Shown piece after piece: positions 49,397 through 59,005 of a stretch of 64,000 nt of DNA. The notes under the pieces were generated by a model that was not told where the DNA came from, made no database searches, and was given only the letters and a program-made list of their open reading frames with translations. Within the stretch, counting starts at the first letter, position 1. Every line of letters begins with the position of its first letter. Location of the stretch: assembly GCA_963666565.1 (NCBI GenBank), contig OY762911.1, positions 2,848,001-2,912,000 on the forward strand. The letters are read 5' to 3'. Made by a program: the position numbers and the translations under genes. Source of the stretch: Thermoanaerobaculia bacterium. GTDB taxonomy: Bacteria; Acidobacteriota; Thermoanaerobaculia; Multivoradales; Multivoraceae.

Positions 49397-52300
49397 ATGA
49401 CCGGAGCCCTAACGCCCGACCTCCGCAAGCAGTTGGAGAAGGCCGTCCGCTCCGCGCGCGCCGAAGGCGAGGCCGGCACTCGCGCTGCGCTGCGGGCGCT
49501 CGCGGTGGACGGCGCCCGGCCGCACGAGTCGATGTCCGCCGACGAGCGCAAGCTGCGGCGGCGGCTTCGCGCCCACGGCCGGCAGTTGGGCGACGTACGG
49601 GACCGGGAGAGCGGAGCGCAGGAGATCGGGCGGCTCGTCCACGAGGTCGCCTACGAGCACTGGCACCGGATGCTGTTCGCTCGGTTCCTGGCGGAGAACG
49701 GGTTGCTGGTCGAGCCCCGGTCCCGGGTTTCGGTATCGCTGGACGAGTGCGCTGAACTGGCGCGCGAAGCGGGCGCCACGGACGGCTGGCAGGTCGCCGA
49801 GAGGTTCGCTGCCGAGATGTTGCCCCGGATCTTCCGGCCAGACGACCCGGCCCTCGCGGTGACGCTGGCGCCGGAGACGCGGCAGAGGTTGGAGCGGCTG
49901 GTGGAAGATCTGCCAGACAGCGTGTTCACGGCGAGCGACGCGCTTGGCTGGACGTACCAGTTCTGGCAGGCGGACCGGAAGGAGGAGGTAAACCAGTCGG
50001 GCGCGAAGATCGGCGCGGACGAACTTCCCGCGGTGACGCAGTTGTTCACCGAGAACTACATGGTCCAGTTTCTGTTCCACAACACCATCGGCGCGTGGCG
50101 GGCCGGCAAGCACCTGGAGCAGCGGCCCGAACTGGCCGAGCGTGCCGCGAGCGAAGGGGAACTCGGGGCCGCCGTGCACATCGAACCGCGAGGCGGCCTC
50201 GACGGCTACGACTTCGACTACCTGCGGTTCGTCCGCGAACCGGCCGGCGACGACGGCGAGGATGTGGCCCGGACCTCGACTGGACCTTGGCGGCCAGCCG
50301 GCGGTGCCTTCCGCCGCTGGCCCGACCGGGCGGCGGACCTTCGGGTGCTGGACCCATGCTGCGGAAGCGGCCACTTCCTCATCGAGGGCTTGGAACTCCT
50401 GGTGCGGCTGCGCATGGAGGAGGAGGGCCTCGGGGTCGAGCACGCCGTCGGGGCCGTGTTGAGGGACAACCTGTTCGGACTGGAGATCGACCAGCGCTGC
50501 ACGCAGATCGCGGCTTTCAATCTTGCACTGGCCGCGTGGAAGATGGTGGGCCGCCCGATCGACTTGCCGCCGCCACGGATTGCCTGCTCCGGTCTCGCCG
50601 TGAGCGCTTCGAAGGACGACTGGGTGAGGCTTGCCGAGGGCGATCAACGTCTGGAAGGCACGCTCGACCGGCTCCACGACCTCTTCAAGCAGGGGCCCAT
50701 TCTCGGTTCGTTGATCGACCCGGCGGGGGTCGGCGAGGAACTGTTCCAGGCCGACTTCGCGACGGCGGAGCGCGCTCTGAGCCGGGCGGTCGCCCAGGAA
50801 GACGCCGGCGAGGAAGAGCGGGAGCGCGCGGTGGCGGCGCAGGGGATGTCGCGCGCCGCCGGACTGCTGGCCGGCGAGTACGACCTCGTGATCACCAACG
50901 TGCCCTATCTGGCGCGTCGCAAGCAAGCCGCGAGCCTGCAGGACTTCGCGCTCAAGAGTCACCCGGACGCTAAGGCCGACTTGGCGACCATTTTCGTGTC
51001 GAGGATTCTCCGGTGGCTCGGGACCGGCGGCGTTCAGGCGGTCGTCGCGCCGCAGAACTGGCTGTTTTTGACCAGCTATAGGAAGCTGCGCGAGCGGCTG
51101 CTCGCCGAACGGACGTGGCGATTCGTGGCGCGGCTGGGACCCGGCGCGTTCGAGACGATAGGCGGGCACGTCGTGAACGTCGCCATGGCCGTGCTGTCGG
51201 CCAAGAGGCCGGACGAAAACTGGCGCATGGCCGGCATCGACGTGTCGGCACCCCGCGGCGAGAAGCCGATTCCGGCGCGGAAGAAGGCGGAGTTGCTGCG
51301 GACTCGTGGGAGAAAGCCGGTCTCACAACTTCCGCAGGCTCGGCAGCGACGCAATCCAGATGCCGTGGTCAGGCTACTCGACTACGGAGAAGCGGTTCAG
51401 GTTCTTCTATCTGAGCATGCTCAGGGTCTTGCCGGCATACTGAACGGCGATTCTCTCCGTTTTCGTCGCATGGTGTGGGAGTTCCATCCCGTTCCGCCGG
51501 AGTGGGTCTTGCAGCAGACAAGCGTCGACGAACCGAGCTTCTTTGGCGGACATTCAGGAGTCATCTACTTCGATGAGGAGAACGGCCATCTCCGCGAGGA
51601 TGCTCTCGTTCGACGGGAGAGGCTTCACGACTCGGACCGCCGTGGCAACGCGGCATGGGGTCGGAACGGAATCGGCATCAGCCAGATGACGACGTTGCCT
51701 GCGACGCTGTACTCGGGGGCCAAGTTCGACTCCAACGTGGCGGTCATTCTCCCTAGAGAGGGGGCACTCGTTGAGTCAATCTGGTGCTACTGCTCCGCTC
51801 CCGAGTACGCGCGGGCCGTGCGGGAGATCGACCAAAAGCTGAATGTAACCAACGCCACGTTGGTGAAGGTTCCATTCGATCGAGGTCACTGGAGGAAGGT
51901 CGCCGCCGCCCGGTACCCCAACGGCCTCCCCGAGCCGTTCTCCGACGACCCGACTCAATGGCTTTTCCACGGCCACCCGTGCGGCTCGGTGGTCTGGGAC
52001 GAGGAGACGAAGTGGACCGCCCACGGTCCGCTCCGTGCAGACGCTTCCGTGCTCCACGTCGCCGTCGCGCGGCTCCTCGGCTACCGCTGGCCAGCGGAGC
52101 TCGACCCGGACATGCGGCTGGCGGCAGAGTCCCGAGAATGGGTCGAGCGGTGCCGGGAACTGCACCACTTCGCCGACGAGGACGGCATCGTCTGCCTTCG
52201 GGCAGCGGCTGGCGAGCTGCCGGCGGCCGACCGGCTGCGCTCCCTGCTCGCGGCCTCCTACGGCGAGGCGTGGTCCGACGGGAAGGAGGGCCAGCTTCTT

Positions 52301-53035
52301 GGTGCGGCCGGAAACGGCAAACGGCCGCCCAGGTCTCTGGACGAGTGGCTCCGCGACCGGTTCTTCGCCGAGCACTGCAGGCTGTTCCACAACCGGCCCT
52401 TCGTCTGGCACGTCTGGGACGGCCTCAAGAACGGCTTCCACGCGTTGGTGAACTGCCATCGCCTGTGCGGGCCGGATGGCGAAGGCCGGCGAACGCTGGA
52501 AGCGCTCGCGTACCGGCATCTGGGCGAGTGGATAGCTCGTCAGCGCGCGGCGCAGGGTCAGGATCGGGAGGGGGCGGACGCCCGGCTCGCCGCCGCCCTG
52601 GACCTTCAGCGGCAGTTGGAACTCATCCTGAAGGGTGAACCGCCTTACGACCTCTTCATCCGCTGGCGCCCGCTCCACGAGCAGCCGGTCGGCTGGGCGC
52701 CGAACCTCGACGACGGCGTGAGGCTCAACATCCGCCCCTTCATGCGGGCGGAACTCCAGTCCGGCGGCCGCAAGGGCGCCGGCATCCTCCGCGTCAGGCC
52801 GAACATCACCTGGAAGAAGGACCGCGGCAAGGAACCAGGGAGCCTTCGCCCTAGGGATGACTTCCCCTGGTTCTACTCCTCCGTTGGCCAAGGTACCGAG
52901 GTAGACCGCACGGACTACGCGGCGTCGCTGGAGGCGGATTTTGATGGCAACCGCTGGAACGACCTTCACTACTCACGGGCCGTCAAGGAGGCTGCCCGGA
53001 CGCGTGGACGGAGCGAGACGAGGGCGTCGGCGTGA
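49397..53035 (+). CDS. pglX: BREX adenine DNA methyltransferase PglX
   Basis: PAVTQLFTENYMV, LDPCCGSGHF (SAM binding), ITNVPY (motif IV), LDDGVRLNIRPF C-terminus. Confidence 0.92.
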   Translation: MTGALTPDLRKQLEKAVRSARAEGEAGTRAALRALAVDGARPHESMSADERKLRRRLRAHGRQLGDVRDRESGAQEIGRLVHEVAYEHWHRMLFARFLAENGLLVEPRSRVSVSLDECAELAREAGATDGWQVAERFAAEMLPRIFRPDDPALAVTLAPETRQRLERLVEDLPDSVFTASDALGWTYQFWQADRKEEVNQSGAKIGADELPAVTQLFTENYMVQFLFHNTIGAWRAGKHLEQRPELAERAASEGELGAAVHIEPRGGLDGYDFDYLRFVREPAGDDGEDVARTSTGPWRPAGGAFRRWPDRAADLRVLDPCCGSGHFLIEGLELLVRLRMEEEGLGVEHAVGAVLRDNLFGLEIDQRCTQIAAFNLALAAWKMVGRPIDLPPPRIACSGLAVSASKDDWVRLAEGDQRLEGTLDRLHDLFKQGPILGSLIDPAGVGEELFQADFATAERALSRAVAQEDAGEEERERAVAAQGMSRAAGLLAGEYDLVITNVPYLARRKQAASLQDFALKSHPDAKADLATIFVSRILRWLGTGGVQAVVAPQNWLFLTSYRKLRERLLAERTWRFVARLGPGAFETIGGHVVNVAMAVLSAKRPDENWRMAGIDVSAPRGEKPIPARKKAELLRTRGRKPVSQLPQARQRRNPDAVVRLLDYGEAVQVLLSEHAQGLAGILNGDSLRFRRMVWEFHPVPPEWVLQQTSVDEPSFFGGHSGVIYFDEENGHLREDALVRRERLHDSDRRGNAAWGRNGIGISQMTTLPATLYSGAKFDSNVAVILPREGALVESIWCYCSAPEYARAVREIDQKLNVTNATLVKVPFDRGHWRKVAAARYPNGLPEPFSDDPTQWLFHGHPCGSVVWDEETKWTAHGPLRADASVLHVAVARLLGYRWPAELDPDMRLAAESREWVERCRELHHFADEDGIVCLRAAAGELPAADRLRSLLAASYGEAWSDGKEGQLLGAAGNGKRPPRSLDEWLRDRFFAEHCRLFHNRPFVWHVWDGLKNGFHALVNCHRLCGPDGEGRRTLEALAYRHLGEWIARQRAAQGQDREGADARLAAALDLQRQLELILKGEPPYDLFIRWRPLHEQPVGWAPNLDDGVRLNIRPFMRAELQSGGRKGAGILRVRPNITWKKDRGKEPGSLRPRDDFPWFYSSVGQGTEVDRTDYAASLEADFDGNRWNDLHYSRAVKEAARTRGRSETRASA

Positions 53036-53257
53036 CGCCTACAGAGAATCGAGGGGCATTCAGGGCGTTGACCTGTTTACGAGCTGCTCGACGAGCGCGA
53101 GTTGCGCCTGACGATCTTCGCCGCTGGACCGTCGGAGGATTGAGGACTTTGCTGCGCGCCACGATTGCGCCGTTCGGACTCAGGGCGGGTCTCGTTGCCG
53201 GCGCCGATATGGACACCGTCGATCCCCAGGACAGGGCTTGAGGATTAGGAGAGAGCG

Positions 53258-55618
53258 TTGGCTTCCACCGCATCGCACACCGCTGAGGTCGCACCCGCCG
53301 CCGACACGATCCTCGGCCGCCTGATCGCCGCCCTCCGCGACAAGGCTGGCCCGCTGGACGGCCACGAACGGCCGGCCGCCGTCCTCTGGCCCGACCCGGA
53401 CGAAGAATGGCGTCCTCTGGTCGCCACCCTCCGCGAAAGGCTGCGTGAGTTCCTGACCCTTGGCGTTTACGACGAGGCGGCCCGGTGCGGCCCGGCCATC
53501 TGGCTGCGCGCGGCCGTCGACGGCGAGCTTGGCGGGGCGGCACCGACGAACGGGCGGCCGCCCATCCTGTACCTTCCCGCCGTCTCCCGCCAGCAGCTTC
53601 GCGCCGGCGACGACTGCCCGGACAATCTGAAGCCCCTGGTCGAACTTCTCTATCGGGGCGCCGTCTGGGCTCACCCGAACGGGCGGGAGTGGACGGTGCG
53701 GGCCTTCCTGAGTTCCCCGAAGTCGCTCGGCCTGGGCGTCCCGGACGATCGCGGTACGAGGCAGGCCATGCTGCAGGCTCTGCCGGAGGTCGCGGTGGCG
53801 CCGCTCGACCGGCTGGGAGGCAGGCGGCTCGACGCGGACTTCTTCCACCGCGTGTTGAGCCCCGACCCGCTGCGCGACGTGTTGCAGTGGCTGGGCGAAG
53901 GCGACGCAATGCGGTCCCGTCTCGGTCCGGAGCGGTGGGGCGCCTTCCGCAGCCGCTGCCGGGACGAACTCGACTTCGACCCGCAGACGGCGCCCGACGT
54001 AGCGGCCGGCGAGCGGCTGGGTACCGGCGAGGGCGAATGGGCGCGGGTATGGGAACGGTTCCTGGAAGCGCCGGAGAGTTACGAGTGGGTGGCCGACGTT
54101 CTGCTGCGGAGTCGACCGGCGGGCGTTCTTCCTTTCGAGTCGGAACGGTGGCCGGACCTGAATGCCGAGGCCGAGGAGGTTCTCCGGCTCCAACTCGAAG
54201 AACTGCGCGACCTGAGCCACGACGACGCCTGCCGGGATTTGCTCCAGGCGGAGGAGGAGCATGGCCGTCGCCGCTACTGGGTCTGGGCGGGTCTCGGGCT
54301 CTCGCCGCTGGCCGTCGTCTTGGCGCCTCTGGCGCGTCTGGCCGCGGAAGCGCGAACGACGCTGGCCGGCGGCACGCCCGGCGAGGTCGCCCGCGGCTAC
54401 GTCGAGCACGGATGGGCGGCCGATGCCGCGGCCCGCGAGGCCCTGGCCGCCGCCGGTGCCGCGGACCGGGAACTCGTCGCGGCGGTCGTCCGGCGCGTGC
54501 TGCTGCCGTGGCTCGAGGGCGGCGCCCAAGCCTTCCAGGCCGCCGCCGAGCGGGAGGCCCTGCCGGCGCGCGGCGGGCAGCCGCCGGTCGAAGCGGAGGA
54601 AGGAACGTGCCTGCTGTTCGTGGACGGTCTGCGCTACGAGCTGGCGCGCACGTTGGCTGATCTGCTCGAGGGGCGAGGCTTCGGCACGGACCTGCGGCAT
54701 CGCTGGGCGGCGCTGCCGACGCTGACGGCCACGGGCAAGCCGGCGGCGACGCCGGTGGCTGCCGATGTGACGGGGACGGAGCTCGGTGCCGACTTGACGC
54801 CGGCGTTCGCCGCGACCGGCCGGCGCGCCGACGCCGAGGCGCTCCGAACCGCCATCGAGGCGCGCGGCTACCAGGTGCTGGGCACCGGAACGCTCGACGC
54901 GCCGCTCGGCAGTCCCGCTCGCGGCTGGGCGGAAGAGGGCGCCATCGACAAGCTCGGGCACGAACTCGCCGCGGCCGACTTCGCCCGCAAGCTGCGCGAC
55001 GAGCTGGAGGCGCTCGCCGACCGCGTCGCGCGCCTCCTCGAAGTCGGCTGGAAGAGGGTCCGGCTCGTGACCGACCACGGCTGGCTGCAGATGCCCGGCG
55101 GGTTGCCCAAGGTCGACTTGCCTCAGCATCTCACCGTCAGCCGGGGCGCGCGCTGCGCCGCGGTGGCTGGCGCCTCGCAGCCAGACGCGCCGATGCCGCC
55201 GTGGCACTGGAACGCGAACGAGTCGTTCGCCTCGGCGCGGGGCGCCGGCGCCTTCCGCCGGTCGGTGGAGTACGCCCACGGGGGGCTCAGCATCCAGGAG
55301 TGCCTGGTTCCCGATCTGACGGTGCGTACGGCGGCTTCGACCGCCCCGAGCGCGCGGATCCGCACCGTCACCTGGCGCGGCTTCCGTTGCCTCGTCGAGG
55401 CCACGGCGGAAGCCGGAACGGTCGCCGCCGACCTGCGCCTGGCGGCGGAGCTGAGCCAGTCGGTCGCGGGGGCCGGCAAGCCCGTGGAGGCGGACGGCTC
55501 GGTCAGCCTGCTGCTCGCCGACGACGACCACGAACAATCGCGGCTGGTTCTCGTCCTTGTCGATGAGGAGGGTCGGATTCTCGACCGCCGCGAGACCGCT
55601 GTGGGAGAGGACTCGTGA
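53258..55618 (+). CDS. pglZ: BREX PglZ phosphatase-family protein (type B-like)
   Basis: AVLWPDPDEEW, GPAIWLR, LFVDGLRY, LPTLTATGK, VTDHGW, YAHGGLSIQE; TTG start with AGGAG RBS. Confidence 0.92.
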   Translation: MASTASHTAEVAPAADTILGRLIAALRDKAGPLDGHERPAAVLWPDPDEEWRPLVATLRERLREFLTLGVYDEAARCGPAIWLRAAVDGELGGAAPTNGRPPILYLPAVSRQQLRAGDDCPDNLKPLVELLYRGAVWAHPNGREWTVRAFLSSPKSLGLGVPDDRGTRQAMLQALPEVAVAPLDRLGGRRLDADFFHRVLSPDPLRDVLQWLGEGDAMRSRLGPERWGAFRSRCRDELDFDPQTAPDVAAGERLGTGEGEWARVWERFLEAPESYEWVADVLLRSRPAGVLPFESERWPDLNAEAEEVLRLQLEELRDLSHDDACRDLLQAEEEHGRRRYWVWAGLGLSPLAVVLAPLARLAAEARTTLAGGTPGEVARGYVEHGWAADAAAREALAAAGAADRELVAAVVRRVLLPWLEGGAQAFQAAAEREALPARGGQPPVEAEEGTCLLFVDGLRYELARTLADLLEGRGFGTDLRHRWAALPTLTATGKPAATPVAADVTGTELGADLTPAFAATGRRADAEALRTAIEARGYQVLGTGTLDAPLGSPARGWAEEGAIDKLGHELAAADFARKLRDELEALADRVARLLEVGWKRVRLVTDHGWLQMPGGLPKVDLPQHLTVSRGARCAAVAGASQPDAPMPPWHWNANESFASARGAGAFRRSVEYAHGGLSIQECLVPDLTVRTAASTAPSARIRTVTWRGFRCLVEATAEAGTVAADLRLAAELSQSVAGAGKPVEADGSVSLLLADDDHEQSRLVLVLVDEEGRILDRRETAVGEDS

Positions 55619-57690
55619 ACTCGCAGACTTCCCGGAACCTGGAGATGGACCGCCTGGACGAACTCGCCGCGGAGGCGTTCCCCGGCTATCTGGTGCGCAA
55701 GGACCTGGTGCGGCGCTACGCCCGGCAGTACCCGGTGCCCACCTACGTGGTGGAGTTCCTCCTGGGCCGCTACTGCGCGAGCGTGGACGAGGACGAGATC
55801 GAGGAGGGGCTGGTCGTCGTCAAGAGGCAGCTCGAAGGGCGGACCGTGCGCCCCAGCGACCAGGAGGTCTTCAAGTCGCGCGCCCGGGAGAACGGCTCGG
55901 TCAAGCTGATCGACATCGTCCGCGCCCGGCTCGACGCGCGCAACGACCGCTACGCCGCCGAACTGCCGAGCTTGGGCCTGCGCGGCGTCGACGTGGGCGA
56001 CGCCATCGTCACCGAGAACCAGCGGATGCTGACGGACGGCTTCTACGCCGAGGTGACGCTGGAGTACGACGCGGTGGCGGCACTGGAGGAGCGGGCCAAC
56101 CCGTTCCGCATCGCGTCGCTCCGGCCGATTCAGATGTCGGACCCGCGGGTGCTCGACGTGTTCGCGCGGGGCCGCCGGCAGTTCACGACGGACGAGTGGC
56201 GGGACTTCCTGATCCGCTCCGTGGGCCTCGAACCGGCGGCGCTGGACGAGCGGGCGAAGCGGGTCGCCCTGCTGCGGATGGTCCCCTTCGTGGAGCGGAA
56301 CTACGACCTGGTGGAACTCGGCCCGCGCGGCACCGGCAAGAGCCACATCTACCAGCAGATCTCGCCGTACTCGCACCTTCTCTCGGGCGGCAAGGCGACG
56401 GTGGCGAAGATGTTCGTCAACATGGCGAACGGCCAGCGCGGCCTGGTCTGCCAGTACGACGTCGTCTGCTTCGACGAGGTCTCCGGCGTCTCCTTCGATC
56501 AGAAGGACGGCGTCAACATCATGAAGGGCTACATGGCGTCCGGCGAGTTCAGCCGGGGCAAGGAGAGCATCCGCGCCGACGGCGGCATCGTCATGGTGGG
56601 CAACTTCGATGTCGACGTGGAGCAGCAACAGCGCATCGGCCACCTGCTCTCGCCCCTGCCCAGGGAGATGCGGGACGACACGGCATTCCACGACCGCATC
56701 CACGCCTACGCGCCGGGCTGGGACTTCCCGAAGCTGAACCCGGAGGACCACCTGACGGATCACTTCGGCCTCGTGACCGACTTCCTGAGCGAGTGCTGGA
56801 ACCAGTCCCGGCAGTCGACGCGGCTGGACGCGCTGCAGAACCGGGTCTTCTGGGGCGGCGCGCTCAGCGGCCGCGACATCGAGGCCGTGAACAAGACCTG
56901 TTCCGGTCTGCTGAAGCTCCTGTACCCCGACCGGGAGATGCCCATCGAGGAGGACGACCTGGAGTGGATCGTCCGGCTCGCCCTGGAGTCGCGCCGGCGC
57001 GTGAAGGAGCAGCAGAAGCGCTGCCTCAGGAGCGAGTTCGGCAACACCCACTTTTCCTTCACGCTGGGCGTGGACGGGGTGGAGCAATTCGTCGCCACGC
57101 CGGAACTCCACAGCGACGAGGCCATCGACAGCGACCCGCTGCCGCCCGGACAGGTCTGGGCCATCGGTCCCGGCGCCGGCGAGACGGGCGCCGGCCTGTA
57201 CCGCGTCGAGGTCGCGCTGGGGCCGGGAAGCGGCGCGAAGATCGTCAACTATCCCGTGCCCCCGGCCTTCCGCGAGAGCGTCAGGGTCGGCGAGCAGAAC
57301 CTGTACCGCGCCGCGAGGGAGCTTGTGGGACATCGCGACCCGCGCGGCTTCGAGTACTCGGTGCAACTCCAGTCCTTCGATGCCGACAAGTCCGGCGTCG
57401 GCCTCGGCATGCCGGTGCTCGCCGCCTGCGTCGGCGCGCTGCTCGACCGCGGAACCCGTGGCGGCGCGATCGTCGTGGGCCCGCTCAACCTCGGCGGCAG
57501 TCTGGACATGCTCCATCACCCCGTCTCGATCGCGGAACTGGCCGTCGACAAGCAGGCGACGACCCTGCTCATGCCGGTCAGCGCGAGGAAGGCGCTGAAC
57601 GAGATGGCGGACGAGCTGTGGACGAAGGTGAACGTCGAGTACTACAGCGACCCGGTGGATGGGGTGTTCAAGGCGTTGCTGCCTCAATGA
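55615..57690 (+). CDS. brxL: Lon-related BREX protein BrxL
   Basis: VPTYVVEFLLGRYC, ELGPRGTGKSH, YDVVCFDEV, MKGYMASGEFSRG, C-terminal Lon-like domain; the start could be ATG 55645. Confidence 0.93.
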   Translation: MNSQTSRNLEMDRLDELAAEAFPGYLVRKDLVRRYARQYPVPTYVVEFLLGRYCASVDEDEIEEGLVVVKRQLEGRTVRPSDQEVFKSRARENGSVKLIDIVRARLDARNDRYAAELPSLGLRGVDVGDAIVTENQRMLTDGFYAEVTLEYDAVAALEERANPFRIASLRPIQMSDPRVLDVFARGRRQFTTDEWRDFLIRSVGLEPAALDERAKRVALLRMVPFVERNYDLVELGPRGTGKSHIYQQISPYSHLLSGGKATVAKMFVNMANGQRGLVCQYDVVCFDEVSGVSFDQKDGVNIMKGYMASGEFSRGKESIRADGGIVMVGNFDVDVEQQQRIGHLLSPLPREMRDDTAFHDRIHAYAPGWDFPKLNPEDHLTDHFGLVTDFLSECWNQSRQSTRLDALQNRVFWGGALSGRDIEAVNKTCSGLLKLLYPDREMPIEEDDLEWIVRLALESRRRVKEQQKRCLRSEFGNTHFSFTLGVDGVEQFVATPELHSDEAIDSDPLPPGQVWAIGPGAGETGAGLYRVEVALGPGSGAKIVNYPVPPAFRESVRVGEQNLYRAARELVGHRDPRGFEYSVQLQSFDADKSGVGLGMPVLAACVGALLDRGTRGGAIVVGPLNLGGSLDMLHHPVSIAELAVDKQATTLLMPVSARKALNEMADELWTKVNVEYYSDPVDGVFKALLPQ

Positions 57691-57709
57691 CCGGCTGGCT
57701 CTGTGCTCC

Positions 57710-57909
57710 GGGCGAGGACAGGGCTCCGTTCCCCGACTGCCATGGCTCTGCACCCCGGTGGACATGAACCCAAGAGTGCCCGTCCCTTGCGGGAACCACG
57801 TGAATTGTGGTGGGATCCGCTCGTCCGACCGTTCTAGAGCCGGACGGCCGAGCGAGACCCGGCTCGCGGCCTGGAACTGAGCCTCTCGCTGGAACGAACA
57901 TCCTCGCCC
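57710..57909 (-). ncRNA. candidate ~200-nt structured RNA (unassigned)
   Basis: Nested complementary segments 57710-18/57901-09, 57727-32/57891-96, 57744-48/57879-83, plus internal hairpins; on the minus strand one hairpin has a GCAA tetraloop. Folded by eye only. Confidence 0.4.
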
Positions 57910-57966
57910 AACCAACGAGACCAGTCGCGCTTCACGAGGCCGCGAGTTTGTAACTCCGGGGGAACG

Positions 57967-58923
57967 ATGGAGTCTCTGACACCAATTGAACAGCAAAGGC
58001 AACCTGAAGTGTCGAGACTCACTCGGCGCGGGATCATTGACTATCTGAAGATCCAACAGGTCGAGTGGAGTGGCGTCCTCAACGACGTCGACTTTCTCGA
58101 GCGGATCTTCGACCTCCGCACCCTACCGTCGCACGACCGGCGGTTCAGCAACGCAAAGAGGGACATATGGCAGCACAGAGTAAACAACGTGTACGACTGG
58201 AACGACGACTGGGTCTACTCTGATCCTCGCTTTGATCTGACGGGGTGTTCGTCCCGGCTTTTCCTGACCTTCTTGTGCGAGATGGTCCATCCAGTTGTCC
58301 GTGCCGATTCCGAAGAGACTGCTGAGATGGTTAGTCAATTCAACGAGCGACTTCGGATGGATGGATGGGAACTCTACGAGGTGGAGCGCATTGCGGAGCG
58401 ACCTCGGTTTGCCGCGCGCGAACGGGGACCCGGACGGGGTAGGGCGATCGCGCGCGCTCGCGAAAGCGCTCGGGCTTTGAGTGCCGAGTGGATGAGCGGT
58501 GAAGTTGAGAGGATGGAGGGTGCGGTTGACGGGGATCCGGCTTTAGCGATTGGAACGGCGAAGGACTTGGTGGAGAGCTGCTGCAAGTGCGTTCTTTCGG
58601 ATCGGGGAATCGAGATCGGGAGGAAGGCGACGCTGCCACAGCTTGCGAAGCGGATGGCCGGCGAACTGAGTCTAGTTCCAGAGAGTGTTCCAGAGTCGGC
58701 CAAGGGCGCGGACAACGTTCGCCGTGTCCTTCAGAATCTCGCGTCGTTGGTACACAACCTCGCTGAACTGCGCGGTCTTTACGGCTCCGGACACGGACGA
58801 GATGGCCAGTACCGTGGGCTCCAACCGAGGCATGCCCGCTTGGCGGTTGGCGCGGCCGTGACGTTCATTGATTTCGTGGTGGAGACGCACGCTCAACGTA
58901 ACGCATCGTCCGTCGATTCGTAG
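57967..58923 (+). CDS. abortive infection family protein (AbiJ-NTD3-like + Abi_C HEPN-like)
   Basis: WSGVLNDVDFLERIFDL..DIWQHRVNN..DW N-terminus; DPALAIGTAKDLVESCCK and ELRGLYGSGHG C-terminus. Confidence 0.82.
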   Translation: MESLTPIEQQRQPEVSRLTRRGIIDYLKIQQVEWSGVLNDVDFLERIFDLRTLPSHDRRFSNAKRDIWQHRVNNVYDWNDDWVYSDPRFDLTGCSSRLFLTFLCEMVHPVVRADSEETAEMVSQFNERLRMDGWELYEVERIAERPRFAARERGPGRGRAIARARESARALSAEWMSGEVERMEGAVDGDPALAIGTAKDLVESCCKCVLSDRGIEIGRKATLPQLAKRMAGELSLVPESVPESAKGADNVRRVLQNLASLVHNLAELRGLYGSGHGRDGQYRGLQPRHARLAVGAAVTFIDFVVETHAQRNASSVDS

Positions 58924-59005
58924 CAGGTTCCGCCACGGGCGTTCGTAACGGCGCTCCTAGCCACTGGGCGGTGGACGATTCGTGTCGGCCGAGAGTCAGC
59001 GTTCG

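Noticed and set aside
53032-53241. 69-aa ORF between pglX and pglZ
   Set aside because: No recognisable motif and an Arg/Ala-rich random-looking composition; not enough support despite the GTGA overlap.
57710-57909. Structured element as 6S RNA
   Set aside because: Size and terminal stem fit, but the interior looks multi-branched rather than a rod with a central bubble, and the usual zapA/ygfA context is absent; left unassigned.
36680-59005. Integrase, tRNA target or att direct repeats bounding the defence island
   Set aside because: No recombinase, transposase, tRNA or convincing flanking direct repeat was seen, so the island is not called a mobile element.
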